Source: Somniosus microcephalus
Taxonomy: Eukaryota
Length of the DNA: 64,000 bases
NCBI GenBank assembly: GCA_052327205.1
Contig: CM126220.1
Span: 34,348,001-34,412,000 of the forward strand
Direction of reading: 5' to 3'
The position numbers and the translations under genes were made by a program. Shown one piece after another: positions 27,500-40,379 of the stretch (position 1 is the stretch's first letter; every line of letters starts with the position of its first letter). The notes beneath the pieces were generated by a model. That model was not told the DNA's origin, made no database searches, and saw only the letters and a list, made by a program, of their open reading frames with translations.

Positions 27500-27880
27500 C
27501 CCTTTTTCCAGCAACGTTTTCAATCCCCCACTCGTGAAGACTTTGACATCTTGCAGGGGGTTTGGTTCTCCAAGTACTGCGTGTCCTTTGGTACCTTATT
27601 TAGTTGCTCATTGTTCATGCATTAGCCTGGATAGCAGAAGCACCAAGCCTAAATCTGATCCCATCCAATGTCCAGCATCCATAAGCGGCACTGCATAGTG
27701 ACCAGGAGTGTGAAACCTACCCAATTTTTATCTCTGTAACCTAGGGATCCTCAGGTTAATTGTACCGCCCCTACTACCCCCAGCTAACTTAGCTGATTTC
27801 ATCCAAGGTGGCGAGTGAATGTTCCCGATTTGTACGATTCAGCTGTTTAAGACAGTGAGTAGCTGAGCTATTGGGGGAGT
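27500..27880 (-). mobile_element. SINE-like family 'A', diverged copy
   Basis: Reverse-complement similarity to 50140-50510 (aattgtaccgccc, cagctaacttagc). Confidence 0.55.
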
Positions 27881-28773
27881 CCTTTAAGTTTCTGTATGTA
27901 TTTTAAACACTAAACATGAGTCACAAATAGATCAAAACACACCCAGTCACTACTGGCTTGGTCAAATACACTGGGAGTTTGATACGGTTTATGGAACGCA
28001 GGATTAAAGTTCATGAAACTGTTCAACATTTAATACATGACCTAGTCTTGAGCTAATGCCTAGTTGAGTTCAGATCACAGAAATACATTAGACTTCAGGC
28101 AATGCATTTGTTTGGCAAAGTTTGCTGTTTATTTTGATAGCTTGCTGAACTCTATTTAATAAAGCAAACTGTGCAGATAAAGGGGAAATAATTGTTATAA
28201 AAACATACAGATTCACTATAGATAGGTCTGCTGCACAAATTTGTACTTAAGAAAACAGATATGTATCAAATAAATTTCAAAAACAGTTTCCAATGAACAT
28301 GCATGAATCCATGTAAATGCCTTTACTCATGACCCAGATTTAAGGCTCAGCTGTGAATACAGTGGCTCACATTGCAAAAACAAAACTGGTTTGCTACGTG
28401 TTTATCAAATGAGGAGACAAAAATTGAAATCGCCAAAATATGTTGTTTAATATCCTGGTACTGAATAAAAAATTATTGCAAACTGAAGCAATGACAGCCC
28501 AAAGAATGCAATTACACAACTATAAGAATGTAATTAAACTGCAGCTATATGGTGCAATTAAAAAATGTGGTGGAATTTTCCCTATTTAAGAACGAGAATT
28601 TTTTCAAAGCTTTAGAACAAATCATCTTTTGCAGGCTGTAGGAACAGATCAATTTTAGCCATTTAAATAACAGAGCCATTTAAATAACAAATAAAATACA
28701 TGGCCCCTGAAGGAACAATTGTGGCCAACTGGGGTGGGTGTCTGATTATGTGCATCTTGCAATAAAAGTAGAT

Positions 28774-29518
28774 GGGCTAGAAATTGCGGTCGGAGGTGAA
28801 CCTCCAGAGTACACCTCCAACTCGCGAAACAATTATGACAGTACCTCTTGGCGCCCAGGCTGCGGTCTCAGGGCTCGAGGCGGAGGGCAGCGTAATGGCC
28901 CACAGATCCCAGGGACGCAGGCGGTTCGGAAGCATACTTGGGATCACGTGTGCCCGGTCCTCCAATCAATAAGCAGAATTCCATTTCAATCATTTACAAA
29001 GGGAATCCCCCTAATGATATGCAATGGAATCACCAAATCTAATAATTATACAATGTACAGAATTGGAATTTTGTTCCTAATTACCTTCATTGTGCCAACC
29101 TCAATAAAAATTAAATTTTTTTGATAATTTTATAAATCATTAAAGCTGTAATCTGGGCCAATATTTGCATAAACTCATTTAATAGTGTTTGAGCATAATT
29201 TAGGATATGAAAAATGTTTAATTTAAGCCTTAGATATCTCCTTACGTTGATGTAAGCAGGCCCTGCACCTGCTTGCATCAACCGCAAGACTTACATCAGC
29301 AACTGCTGGCCAGTCGCTGGGCAAATAGCCCAACTCTGCGCCAGTGATTGGTTTTTCGGGGCCCCCGCCGATGGCCTGTCAATGTGTACATTGATAGGCC
29401 ACAGATTCTGGATTTCGCACATGCGCAAGCAGATATCCCAAACTTGTGAACCATTTCAAAGGGAATACGACAGCGTACTCTGAGAGTACGCCATCACAGA
29501 CACTGCAATTTCAGGGCC
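28774..29518. mobile_element. MITE with Harbinger-like TIRs and internal hairpins
   Basis: Left end gggctagaaattgcggt; right end reverse complement ggccctgaaattgcagt; AT-rich centre with GC-rich flanks. Confidence 0.65.
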
Positions 29519-29638
29519 GACATTGCAAACCAAATGAATAAAATGTGTAAACTAGACATCTGTATCACAAAAATGGAAGGTTCCAATTTCAAAGACAAAT
29601 ATAATTGAGAATGGTTGCAGGGTGGAACGACTTGAGGA

Positions 29639-29788
29639 AATTACAACGCATTACCATATATTAGACAAACATTTGATTTATGGAAGTAAAAGTATAGGAT
29701 TAATGTGTGTATATTATACTACATTTACTCTATACTTATACATTCATAAATCAAATGTTTGTCTAATATATTGTAATTCATTCTAATT
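29639..29788. repeat. Long AT-rich inverted repeat (palindrome)
   Basis: 29656-29682 atatattagacaaacatttgatttatg pairs perfectly with 29745-29771; imperfect pairing extends both inward and outward. Confidence 0.92.
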
Positions 29789-31375
29789 AGATCATCTTTT
29801 GACAAACAACTACAATTCAGGCAGTACCATGTTCTTCAAGACATGAAACAAAGGCTGGGACAAATGTTCTGAACCAAATTAAAAGAGGAAATCAAGATTA
29901 GAGAAAGAAGCCTTAAGGGGGAGTGCTTTCCCACTTATACAAATTTCAAAACATTGTGAAAATTCTGCTGTTTTATAGGAGATGGATTATAAAATTGAAA
30001 CTATTGCCTACATGATATGAACTAGTAATACGATTTATTTTAAGATACACAGATTTGTGGCGGGGTGGGGGGGTGGAGATATTTCCTATTGAAAAGTACT
30101 CCCACTTATGCATTGCTACTTTGCACTGAAATGGCACCTCATCTGTTTTTAAAAAGGAACACTCTGCTTTAATGCTTTCTAAATCAGGAATCTTGAAATA
30201 ACGGCACGGTATTTTCCTCAACAGTTTACTATCAAATAGGTGACACTGATACATAAACAATTTGAAACACTGGCCACTCATTTTTAACAGAACTTCTTAG
30301 TTTAAAAGGTAAGCAAAAGATGTGTAAGATTTGGTATAGGTTTATTTGCAGAAGCTCAGATTTCATGCATGGCCTCCGACAATCAAGTCGCTCCCACCTA
30401 AGCTTCACCCAACCCATTTGCCGTTATAGCCATAACCTGCAGGCCTTGGCACACCTACCAACTAACAAAAGGAGGCAAACTACCCCTAAAGGCTCCAGGT
30501 CAGTAGGGAAGCAGTTGCAGAGCATTGCCATCTGTTAGAAGGACCTTGCGGCCAACTTGCAACATAGGCCTGTGGCTATGCGGGTCATTTCTGCCATTAC
30601 CTTTCATGCTTCAGGCTTATTTCAAGCATGCTGCTCCACGGAGTGGGTACCCGGGAGTGCCAGAGAGGGCAACCCTTCACACACCCATCTAATGCAGCAC
30701 AACGTCCACTTAGTCAGCCAGTGAAATGAACACGGTTGCTGTATCACTCTGTCACTTGCCCCAGAATCCATATCGTGCCCCCACATTGGGTTTGCTTGCT
30801 GGGCACTTCTCTTTTCTTCAGCTTTGATAAAGGCTACCAACAAGTTGAAATGCCTTTTCAATCCTTCTTAAGGCAGTAAAACAAAATGGCGCCATACCTG
30901 CCAGGTGACAATTCATCTTTTAGGTGGCTGCATCCTTTTAAATTTCACCTAGACCACAGCTTCTCTTAGCTAGCTCCCTGTACAAGGCCAATGCATCCGA
31001 AGGAGCTGTGAAAGATTATGGAAATGAACTGACCCAGGAAACTAACTTGCAGTCAGTACACTACACGTCTGGCTAGATTTGCAACAGATCTGAGCCATTC
31101 TGGTCTGAACTTCACCAACACCCAAACATCCACCCGAATGTTTATAAGGAGGCAACATTTAAAAGCTTACCTTCATACAGCCCAGTTTTAAACTGAATGT
31201 GAATACATTCTTATTGTTTTGCTTAAGAACTAATTTATTTTGCTCACAATCCGGTACAGTATTAAAATGCCGCCTTTGGAAAGAAGTATTATCTTGGCTC
31301 ACTCAGTGGTAAGCAGTGCGCAAAGGCAGACGTTACTATGCAACATGTTCAGTGAGTGACATGGGTACTTCTCAC

Positions 31376-31479
31376 CTTCTTCACAGTTGCTCCCTCTGAA
31401 CCCAGCACAGCATTTCCATTCTATTGCCGACACTGTTTTGTACGTCAGTCTGTAAGTTGGTCGTATCACCGCCCTGTAA
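31376..31479 (-). CDS. EMID1: EMI-domain protein exon 3
   Basis: ttttccag|TTACAGG...GAAGAAG|gtgaga; 104 nt, phase 2-1; SYRAVIRPTYRLTYKTVSAIEWKCCAGFRGSNCEE, the EMI W.CC.G....C motif; 7 Cys across exons 2-3. Confidence 0.93.
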
Positions 31480-31679
31480 CTGGAAAATGTTTTAAAAAAA
31501 CACCTGTAAGTAAAGAAATAAAATGCTTCTCTGAAGCACAGTGGGGGGGGGGGGGGGGGGCGGGAAAGCGGGCACCCACACTCACCATCTTCCAGCCCTG
31601 CCCACACTCCCTTCCCTCCCCACAGCTGACCCGAGGCACGTGAGCAGCATCCGGCAGGTTCTAAAGCCCCGATTTTAAC

Positions 31680-31860
31680 TCAACAACTTGAATTTATATA
31701 GCGCCTTTAATGTAGTAAAACATCCCAAGGCGCTTCCCAGGAGTGTTATCAGACAAAGATTTACACCAAGCCGCATAAGGAGAGCTTGGTCACAGGTAGG
31801 TTTTAAGGAGCATCTTAAAAGGAGGAAAGAGAGGTGGAGAGGTTTAGGGAGGGAAATCAA
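31680..31860 (-). mobile_element. L2 LINE 3' end
   Basis: caacaacttgaatttatatagcgcctttaatgtagtaaaacatcccaagg; matches 42658 and 61015. Confidence 0.8.
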
Positions 31861-31984
31861 AACATCCTCAGGTTATGATAGGTGCTATATAAATGCAAGT
31901 TCATTCTTACTTTAGATAAATCAGTTTTGTTAGTTTACAATCAGCCTCTTTGTCAATTATCATTATCGATCAGCCTTACCATCC

Positions 31985-32160
31985 CCGAATCCCCCACCTT
32001 CAACAGCCTGGGGGTCGCCATTGACTCAACTGGACCAGCCACATAAATGCCATGGCGACGAAAGCAGGTCAGAGGTTGGGTACTCTGCAGCGAGTGCCTC
32101 ACCTCCTGACTCCCAAAGCCTCTCCACCACCTACAAGGCGCAAGTTAGGAGTGTGATGCA
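31985..32160 (+). mobile_element. LINE ORF2 fragment
   Basis: NWTSHINAMATKAGQRLGTLQRVPHLLTP..LSTTYKAQVRSVM. Confidence 0.7.
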
Positions 32161-32365
32161 ATCGTAGCATTGCTGAGGACACTGGCAGTTAGACTCATAC
32201 CAAAAGTGATGATAACTTTGATATTATTAATACAGACTTAGGGGAAATACACGCCAGCTGCAAGAGTGACCCTGGGCAGCTAGATTGCACAGCAGAGAGG
32301 CCAACGCCATTGAAGATGGTGCAGGGATCAGATTGAGATGTCTTAACATAGTAGTGTATTCGTAC

Positions 32366-32482
32366 CTGATACCACCGGGACAGCCCATTGGCCATCTGCA
32401 GCTCTGATAAACCCTCTGCACGTAGGTTCCATTCTGCACTTGGCAGGAGACTGTTTTCGTGACAGTGTATGGACACCAATTC
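32366..32482 (-). CDS. EMID1: EMI-domain protein exon 2
   Basis: ttttaaag|GAATTGG...ATCAG|gtacga; 117 nt, phase 2-2; NWCPYTVTKTVSCQVQNGTYVQRVYQSCRWPMGCPGGI, the N-terminal half of the EMI domain with an NGT glycosylation site. Confidence 0.92.
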
Positions 32483-32835
32483 CTTTAAAAGAAGTGAATA
32501 ATTTAACATGTATTGCAATGGTCAAAACTGAATGAGTAACCAATAATGAATAACCCAGATCTCTAAAGAATAAACTGGCACAGTTTACAAAAAAAAACAC
32601 AACTTATTGAGCAATCAAATGATAGAGTTCTGATTAAGGGACACACTCGAGGTGCTAACTTGTTTCTCACTAAACTGCTTTGCATTTACAGCCTTTTCCC
32701 ATTTTACTCTGAAATAACATTTTCCCCATCAGCTTTAAATGTACGGTGTCACAATCTTAATGTAACTTAATTTTAAGTTGACTTATGTTGATGTGATTAT
32801 GTAGGTAACAAATCCGTACATTAAAATAGCACACT

Positions 32836-33135
32836 TGGCTCCCCCAGTGGCTCAGTAGTAGAAGGATTGTGTATAACAGAATTACATGCATCAAAATGTC
32901 CTGGCTTAGATATCTAATCTGTCCTAGTAGCCTGGATGCCAATAGGGGCACTGCAATTGGCCTCAGCACCTTTGGGATAGGGAGGGGAAAATTAACCGTG
33001 GTTCCCCGCCAATTGCTATCCAGTGACCCCTGCTGGAAAGTACAGATATGTGCACATTGAATGAGAACAGGATTGGGCCCAGCTGTGATTTCTTCCAGCC
33101 CACGGTTGATGGCTTGCAATCACTCAAGTGTCTCA
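32836..33135 (+). mobile_element. SINE-like family 'A'
   Basis: A-box-like gtggctcagtag; core gcaattggcctcagcacc..gctatccagtgacccctgctggaaag. Confidence 0.7.
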
Positions 33136-33287
33136 GTAGAGACATGAAAGCCCCGATATTTACAGGGAGGCAAGGATGGTGTAAGAGGGGGGGATTGTAG
33201 CGACTGGAAATGCAGAGGTCCTGACGAATTTAACGGCAGGACCTCATTTGAATTTTTTCTCCATTTCCCAGCCGGCAGCTTGAGACG

Positions 33288-33420
33288 AAAGCAAAATACT
33301 GTGGGATGCTGGAAATCTGAAATAAGAACCATCAACCTGAAACGTTTACTGTGTGTTTCTCTCTCTCTCCCCATGGATGCTGCCTGACCAGCTGAGTATT
33401 TCCAGCATTTTCTGTTTTTA
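33288..33420. mobile_element. Penelope-associated terminal repeat fragment with inverted arrangement
   Basis: gcaaaatactg..gatgctggaaatctgaaat is inverted, and gatgctgcctgacc..gagtatttccagcattttctg is direct, relative to 42330-42655. Confidence 0.65.
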
Positions 33421-33699
33421 ATGACAGACTGAGAGACTGGCTGGCTGTCGGACCAGGAAGGCTGCAGCTGGGGAGTGGAGAGAAGGGAGGGAAAGATCAC
33501 GGGGAAAAGACATCGCGGGTCGGTGATCACAGGTTGGCCAGGAGATTGGGGATGCTTTGGATCCGGCCCGGGGGGTCAGCGAACCGCCAAGTCCCGCCCA
33601 TCCTGGGGGGGGAGGGTTAAAATTGCCAAGGAATCACCACTAGAGAGTGAGGCATTAGAATACCCTGGCACATTTGGTCCTTAACCCCAGCAAAGTCAC

Positions 33700-34110
33700 C
33701 TTCAGGAGATTTTTCCTTCCTTTCTCCTCCAGTCGTAAAGGTATTGACTCCTTGCTGGGTTGGATGGACTCTATGGTCATCAGTCACCCACTAGTACCTT
33801 GCTCAAGTTAACCTTCTTTATCTGAGAGCCTGGATAGTGATCTCAGCCTGTGGACTTATCTGTGTGGAGCATCATTTTTAAGCCAGAACCTGTTCTTTAT
33901 TGACATCTGCACATGTGCGTCCAGTCGAGGTTGCTGATAGCAATCAGGTCTGGGACCTTAATTGATTTTTCCTTCCCCAATACCGAGCATGGAAACCAAT
34001 TGTAACACCTTTATCATCAACCTGTGTGTGATCAGTTTCCTCAACACAAGCTGTAAATGAGACCTTTATGATCTGTAAGGCCCAGGTCTTACTGCTTTGA
34101 GCAACAAACC
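33700..34110 (-). mobile_element. SINE-like family 'A', diverged copy
   Basis: gactccttgctggg, gatagcaatcagg, ccaattgtaacacc. Confidence 0.6.
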
Positions 34111-34359
34111 ATTGAGCGATGTGTGAATGCTCTTGACCAATCTTTTATTGTTACTCAGATGAAGAGTCATGCCCTAAAGCTGAGCATTTTCTGCTTTTTA
34201 AAAAAAAAAATTCCAGCCTTTTTGGTTACTCCACTTATTATCTTTTAATGGTAGCTATTATACTGGCAATTTGGCATTGAATTCTTGTATTTTGGGTGTA
34301 AATCTAGCACCAAATGGTCATTAAACAAAAGTGAATGAAAAATAAGATGATCATCACAC

Positions 34360-35415
34360 CTTTAAGGAACTCTCAAAACACTTCACATAGAATGAATTGC
34401 TTTTAGGTGCTGTGACTTCACTGCAATTATTGTATACACAGCAGGATCCCACAAAATGAATGATCTGTTAGTCTATTTTTGGTTGGTGGTGTTGGAGGAG
34501 GAAATGTTGACCAGCGCACCAAAATACTGTACCGCACTGCTCTTCTACAAATACCGTACCGCGCTGCTCTTCTACAAATACCGTACCGCGCTGCTCTTCT
34601 ACAAATACCGTACCGCGCTGCTCTTCTACAAATACCGTACCGCGCTGCTCTTCTACAAATACCGTACCGCGCTGCTCTTCTACAAATACTGTACCGCGCA
34701 GCTCTTCTACAAATACTGTACCGCACCGCTCTTCTACAAATACTGTACCGCACTGCTCTTCTACAAATACTGTACCGCACCGCTCTTCTACAAATACTGT
34801 ACCGCACTGCTCTTCTACAAATACTGTACCGCACTGCTCTTCTACAAATACTGTACCGCACTGCTCTTCTACAAATACCGTACCGCACTGCTCTTCTACA
34901 AATACTGTACCGCACCGCTCTTCTACAAATACTGTACCGCACTGCTCTTCTACAAATACTGTACCGCACTGCTCTTCTACAAATACTGTACCGCACTGCT
35001 CGTCTACAAATACTGTACCGCACTGCTCTTCTACAAACTGTACCGCACTGCTCTTCTACAAATACTGTACCGCACTGCTCTTCTACAAATACTGTCCCGC
35101 ACTGCTCTTCTACAAATACTGTACCACGCTGCTCTTCTACAAATACTGTACCACGCTGCTCTTCTACAAATACTGTACCACGCTGCTCTTCTACAAATAC
35201 TGTACCACGCTGCTCTTCTACAAATACTGTACCGCACTGCTCTTCTACAAATACTGTACCACGCTGCTCTTCTACAAATACTGTACCGCACTGCTCTTCT
35301 ACAAATACTGTACCGCACTGCTCTTCTACAAATCTTTACCTGATTTGCTGAAATCCTGCAATGGGGTTGGACTCTGCAACCTTCTGACCCAGAGGTTACC
35401 AACTGAGCCAAGTTG
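34360..35415 (-). mobile_element. DeuSINE copy hosting an internal minisatellite
   Basis: SINE body at 34360-34515 (cagcaggatcccacaaa..ttggttggtggtgttggaggaggaaatgttgacc) and head at 35360-35415 (caaccttctgacccagagg..accaactgagcca). Confidence 0.7.
34521..35333 (+). repeat. 27-bp minisatellite, 30 copies
   Basis: Unit aaatactgtaccgcactgctcttctac; 19 + 11 nine-residue repeats in the ORF track around a 2-bp deletion near 35037. Confidence 0.98.
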
Positions 35416-36049
35416 ACACATGGCACCATCCTCTGGAATGACTACTCTTGCCTCACTGCAGGCTATACACTGCTAAAAGGTGAGAGTTCTTGCACATTGT
35501 GTCAGGCACTAGTACAACAGCAGGAGCTGACACAGTGTGAATGGAGTTTGGTCATGCTTGTTACTTGGAGAGAGTCCAACCCTCCTTGGGGCTGGTAGAC
35601 TGGCGCCAATAATGAATTTGATTTTTGTGTGGCCAGGGAAGGAAGCCACTTACACCAAGTTCTCTGATTTGCTCCAAAACTCAGACTTGCGGGCATGAGC
35701 ATGTGTGTGGATATTCTCATTTCCAGACAAAACTCAATAGCGTTCCATTTAAATGTTGCTTTATTCACACAATATTGTTATATTGGACCCCACCCAGTGT
35801 TACAGCAGCACTGAACTGGAAAAATAACATCCTTCATGTGTGTTAAGTACAAAAAGTATTATTTAGCTACCACATTTCCCAACAAAACAACCGTGCCAAC
35901 ACTTCAATGGTAATTATTTGGCTGTGAAGTGCTTTGGGATGTCCTGAGGATAGGAAATGCTATATTAAGGCAAGTTCTTTCTTTAAATGAATTCTATTTA
36001 TGTTGCCCATTTTTGGAATGAAGATCATTGTACAATAAATGTGGCCTTT

Positions 36050-36460
36050 GAGACCAGTGCCAATGGTTTATTGGCTTATCCTGTCCGTGAGCATTCACCA
36101 GAGCAACCCCCCCCCCCGCGCTTCCGCCTCTCCAGACTTGCTGAGACTCAAATGCATTGGCAGCCCTCCACCCAAGTGGTCAATCTTCATGCGAGAGATC
36201 CGGCAGCATCAGAAAGCTATTTGACTGTGGAGGGCATCACAATAAAGCCCAGCCCTGTCCCAACTGGACATCTACAAATGCATACTTCAGGGGTTGCTGG
36301 GTAGCAATAATGGGTGACCCACCTAGCTGAATATCCCATCTTCCTCGCTCAAGGGCGCTGAGGTAACTTAAATTGCCAATTGCTGCTGCGGCTGAGATCA
36401 GTTAACTCAACACAAGACCAGGAAAAGATCTTTGCTCCTTCTAATCTTCATGGCTTAGTC
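36050..36460 (-). mobile_element. SINE-like family 'A'
   Basis: cacccaagtggtcaatcttcat, gactgtggagggcatcac, gctgagatcagttaactcaacaca. Confidence 0.65.
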
Positions 36461-38024
36461 TTTAAGCAATAGGCCAACAGAACTCCAGAACATTTCCCCC
36501 TGACAGGCTGGCATCCCACAAATACACACAAAGCTGCTATCAGCGCATCAGCAATAACAACACTGACATCAGTAATGTTTCAAGTTGATGTGACAAAGCT
36601 ACAGTGATGATACCACATGCAACCACCCCCCCCCCCCCCAGTTAATCTTCCAATGTCCCTGTGCACTAGGTTCTATAGCATTACTTTCCCCTCACGCTCC
36701 AACCTTGGAGAGCTGCTGAAAAACTGTGCCTGACCACATTACCCAACCTCAGAAGGGCACCAGGCCACAGATCGAATGGGAAGTGAGCCAAAAAATGGCA
36801 CTTAACCACTTTAAACTTTTTTTTAAATTGGGAAATCGATTAAGACCAATAGCTTAAACAAATACTGAGACTAATAATATGTCACATATTATGTATCCAG
36901 TATATGAATAGAAGTTGGGAGTCGTGATTTTCAGAAAACACTAACATCCCAACTAACATAACACACAACTTTTCCTACAGTGACTACACTTCAAAAAATA
37001 CTTCATTGGCTGTAAAGCGCTTTGGGACGGGCTGAGGTGGTGAAAGGCGCTATAGAAATGCAAGTTTTGTGGTAATCGGGATATGCAGTCGGTGCCACTG
37101 GGTGATTTATTTCCACTTGTTCTCTTATGAAATTTGCAGCAATATTTTAGTATTGTCCCATTAAAGGAATGTAAAGTGTGAATTTACAGAAGTTAAGCGA
37201 ATTTCCAGTTAACAGATAATCATCAATTCGGCTTATCTTTTTTACAAGGCATCCTCCAACAGATGAGATGAATGGAGATACTGAGAGCCAGTCAAGGCTG
37301 TAAATACTGCTCCAGTAAGTCACCCCACCAGAAGTTCACGCTTTGACTTAGAGACCGACGATATTACGAGTACCATCAGCAACATAAACACGCCACTTTA
37401 AGCAAACTTTAAAGTCGAAACAAATTCAAGTCCCAAATGACTAAACTCCAGACTTGTTTGTGTCGAGTTCTCAGTGTCCTGTCGGACTGGATTGGGAATA
37501 AAACTTAGTTATTCTGCGCTCGACATTTCTTTGTCTTCTCCTTCAGTAAATCCCCATTGATGTTTGAAGAGGGAGAGCGCAGGGGCCGTTTTCACAGAAT
37601 ACCTTTGAACATCAGAATCGCATTAACATTCTCAGAGCCACGGCCGTTGTTAATGGACTTTAACCTACTATCCCATTCAGAAATAATTCAATCAAATGGA
37701 GCTTCCCAGTTAGAGTCTCCAAAGCAGAGGCACCGGGTGCTGGGGCGGAGAATCTGCAATGTTGTGATGCCCCGCGCCTGGCTCCAATCTCTGGACCGTC
37801 TCAGCCCAGCTGAAGCAGCGTCAGTGCTTCCATAATAACAGAGTGACAGTCAGGGGTTAGAGTGGTTGCGGAGAGTTGGTGGGCGGTTGGGACCAGGACC
37901 CGTTATCATTAGTATACACGGCCCGGAAACCTATCCGTTTATCAGTGGCCACAGGGAATGACCTGATGTCAATAAAGCCAACTCCCTACAGTGAGCACTG
38001 TTCTGGGATGCAGGGCTCTCCAAA

Positions 38025-38458
38025 AAAGACCTGCATTTATATATCGCCTTTCACGACCACCGGACCTCCCAAAGCGCATTACAGCCAATTAAGTGCTTTT
38101 AAAAAAAGTGTAGTCACTGTTGTAATGTGGGAAACGCGGCAGCCAATTTGCGCTCAGCAAACTCCCACAAACAGCAATATGATAATGACCAGATAATCTG
38201 TTTTAGTAATGTTGATTTAGGGATAAATATTGGCCCCAGGGATACCACTTTGACCACTCTTTGATACAGTGCCTGGGGATCTTTTACGTCCACCTTAGAG
38301 AGCAGGTGGGGCCACGGCTTAACGTCTCGTCCAAAAGACGGTACCTCCGACAGCACTGCAGTGTCAGCCTAGCTTTTTGCGTTCAAGTCTCTGGAGTGGA
38401 CTTGAACCCACAACCTTCTAACATGAGAGGTGAGTGTGCAACCCACTGAGCCACAGCG
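38025..38458 (-). mobile_element. Near full-length DeuSINE (SacSINE1-like) with tRNA head
   Basis: Reverse-complement head TGGCTCAGTGG (A box) ... GGTTCAAGTCC (B box), then Deu domain and tail matching 13612-13968. Confidence 0.9.
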
Positions 38459-40379
38459 GACAGGTCTAATAGACACTGCATCTTCTGCTTCCATCATTTG
38501 CGTTAAAGTGAGTTATCTTTTGAAAGTAGAAATTATAAGGTCATTAGACTGGGATTAGATACACAGCTATTTGATGAAGTGGTTTCTTGCAGTTTAATTT
38601 CACGCAACAGCACCGTGAAAAAGCCCATCTGTAGGAGGCCCCAGAAGAATTCATTAGCTCCCGCTCGGGCGAGATACATTCACTTCTAATTGCTGCTGGA
38701 AGGACATGTCAAAGACACCCGAATAGAACGAGCCTGGTATAACTGATGAGGAATTTATTTTAAACTGACCGTACCATGGTCTTGACTAATTTATGAAGTC
38801 TACCCCCACCACTTTCCTCGGTCCTCGGCAGTAGTAAGATGGGCCAGCTAGTTTGTCAGGACAAATCGAAACGCACGCCTTCCCACCCGGCCCAGACTCA
38901 TCCCACAGTTGATCTCGCAGACCTACTTTTAATCAGGCTCCGATCTGGCCCGTCTCAGTTCAACCCCGCCCGGGTTTTTGGGGAGGGGTTCCAGTCAAGT
39001 TGGTTGCTTAAGGCAAATGGAACGAATGGAAGTTCTGTACCTTTGAAAACTGACTACAATTTTGACTAATTGGCTAATAAAGTTTTAGTTGATCTTGATA
39101 TACAGAAACCAACCTATAACATTGCCCCAAGCAAGCACATAGAGATTATCAGCTGGACAATTTCGAATTTATCAAAAAGACCCGACAAAGTACATCAGAG
39201 AGAGAAGATTTAGTCACTATCTTAGTGAAGCTTTGAGCCCTGGAGCACAATGCCAGTTTACTGTTAGCTTTCTTTCATTAGACCCCCTGTCCTATACTAG
39301 TCACCGAGGGTGCTGAAATTTCACTCAACAGAGGCAGTGACTGAATGTGAATGCAGGATGAAGCTGAAACTGGTCTGAGCATTTGTTCTCTGGAGATTTC
39401 TTTGAACGGAGCAGGCGGCGTCTTGAATATTCACAGGAAGGATTGCCTTGGATTGCTGGAAGGGAGATTACCACAGCCCGTGTCAAACTTTCAAACCACA
39501 AGGGATTGCTCGGCTGTTCCGGGAGCGCTGCCCGAAGCATTTAGCTACCTCTTTTGTATGAAGGTTTTGTGTGGGAAAGCCAGCCATTGTCATTCTGCCC
39601 GACAAGGGTGATTCCCCATCCTGTCAAATGTAGGGAGGCTTCGCAAGGCAGCGAGCTAGTTAAGGAACGAGTTTGTCTACGTTAACAGTAGAACAAAAAA
39701 AAACTGTGGTTTTAAAGGTGTTGTATTCTCTGAATGGATGAGTTAAAGACACAAGCCCAATATTACAAACGGCCCAGGTTGCAACATATTTGCAGCCAAG
39801 TTATGGCAATGCGTAAAGCCGCGAGTCTCTGGACCCACACATGGACCCGGACCATGAGGGGCTTTTATTGTGTCGGTTCGCGTTATTATTTGGAACATGT
39901 GAAGCAGGGGCCGCCCGCACCACTCGGATCACACACCGGGCAAGGACACTGGCACCAGCCGGGGCTGCTCGGGAGGTCATTGTGAGAAAATCCCTTGACA
40001 GACTGTGTGAATATCCATTTCAAACAAACCCAACAACGAAAAAGCCTGTCGGACCAACATATCTGGATTTATGAAACCGGACCAAGACTTCTAATGGGAG
40101 GTTAAATGCTCCACTCCTTAAAAAAAAAAGTTTTGTCAATCAAAACACGTGTTCCCGGCAGCTATTGTCGGAAATGAAAGTTTTAAATGAGAAGAAACTC
40201 CTTCATGTTAGTTAACGCTTGTAAAATGATTAAAGAGTTGTGCAGACATCCACCTGGATGCTTGGACTGTTTAATGAGTCCTGAATCTCTGGTTCAGAAA
40301 ATATATCCAAATCAGGGGAATTAATAAGTGTTTATCCAGCATTCTGGCCGGCCAACTGTTACATTTCTATTAATCTTTC

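Noticed and set aside
28657-28690. 18-bp tandem duplication agccatttaaataaca
   Set aside because: Ordinary slippage duplication
31299-31607. 102-aa ORF as a standalone gene
   Set aside because: Only 31376-31479 is exonic; the flanks are intron, including a poly-G run
34427-35429. Long ORFs of 132-295 aa on both strands; superficially CRISPR-like periodicity
   Set aside because: Stop-free translation of a 27-bp tandem repeat; there are no unique spacers
38385-38458. tRNA-like A/B boxes
   Set aside because: SINE head, not a tRNA gene; continues directly into the Deu domain
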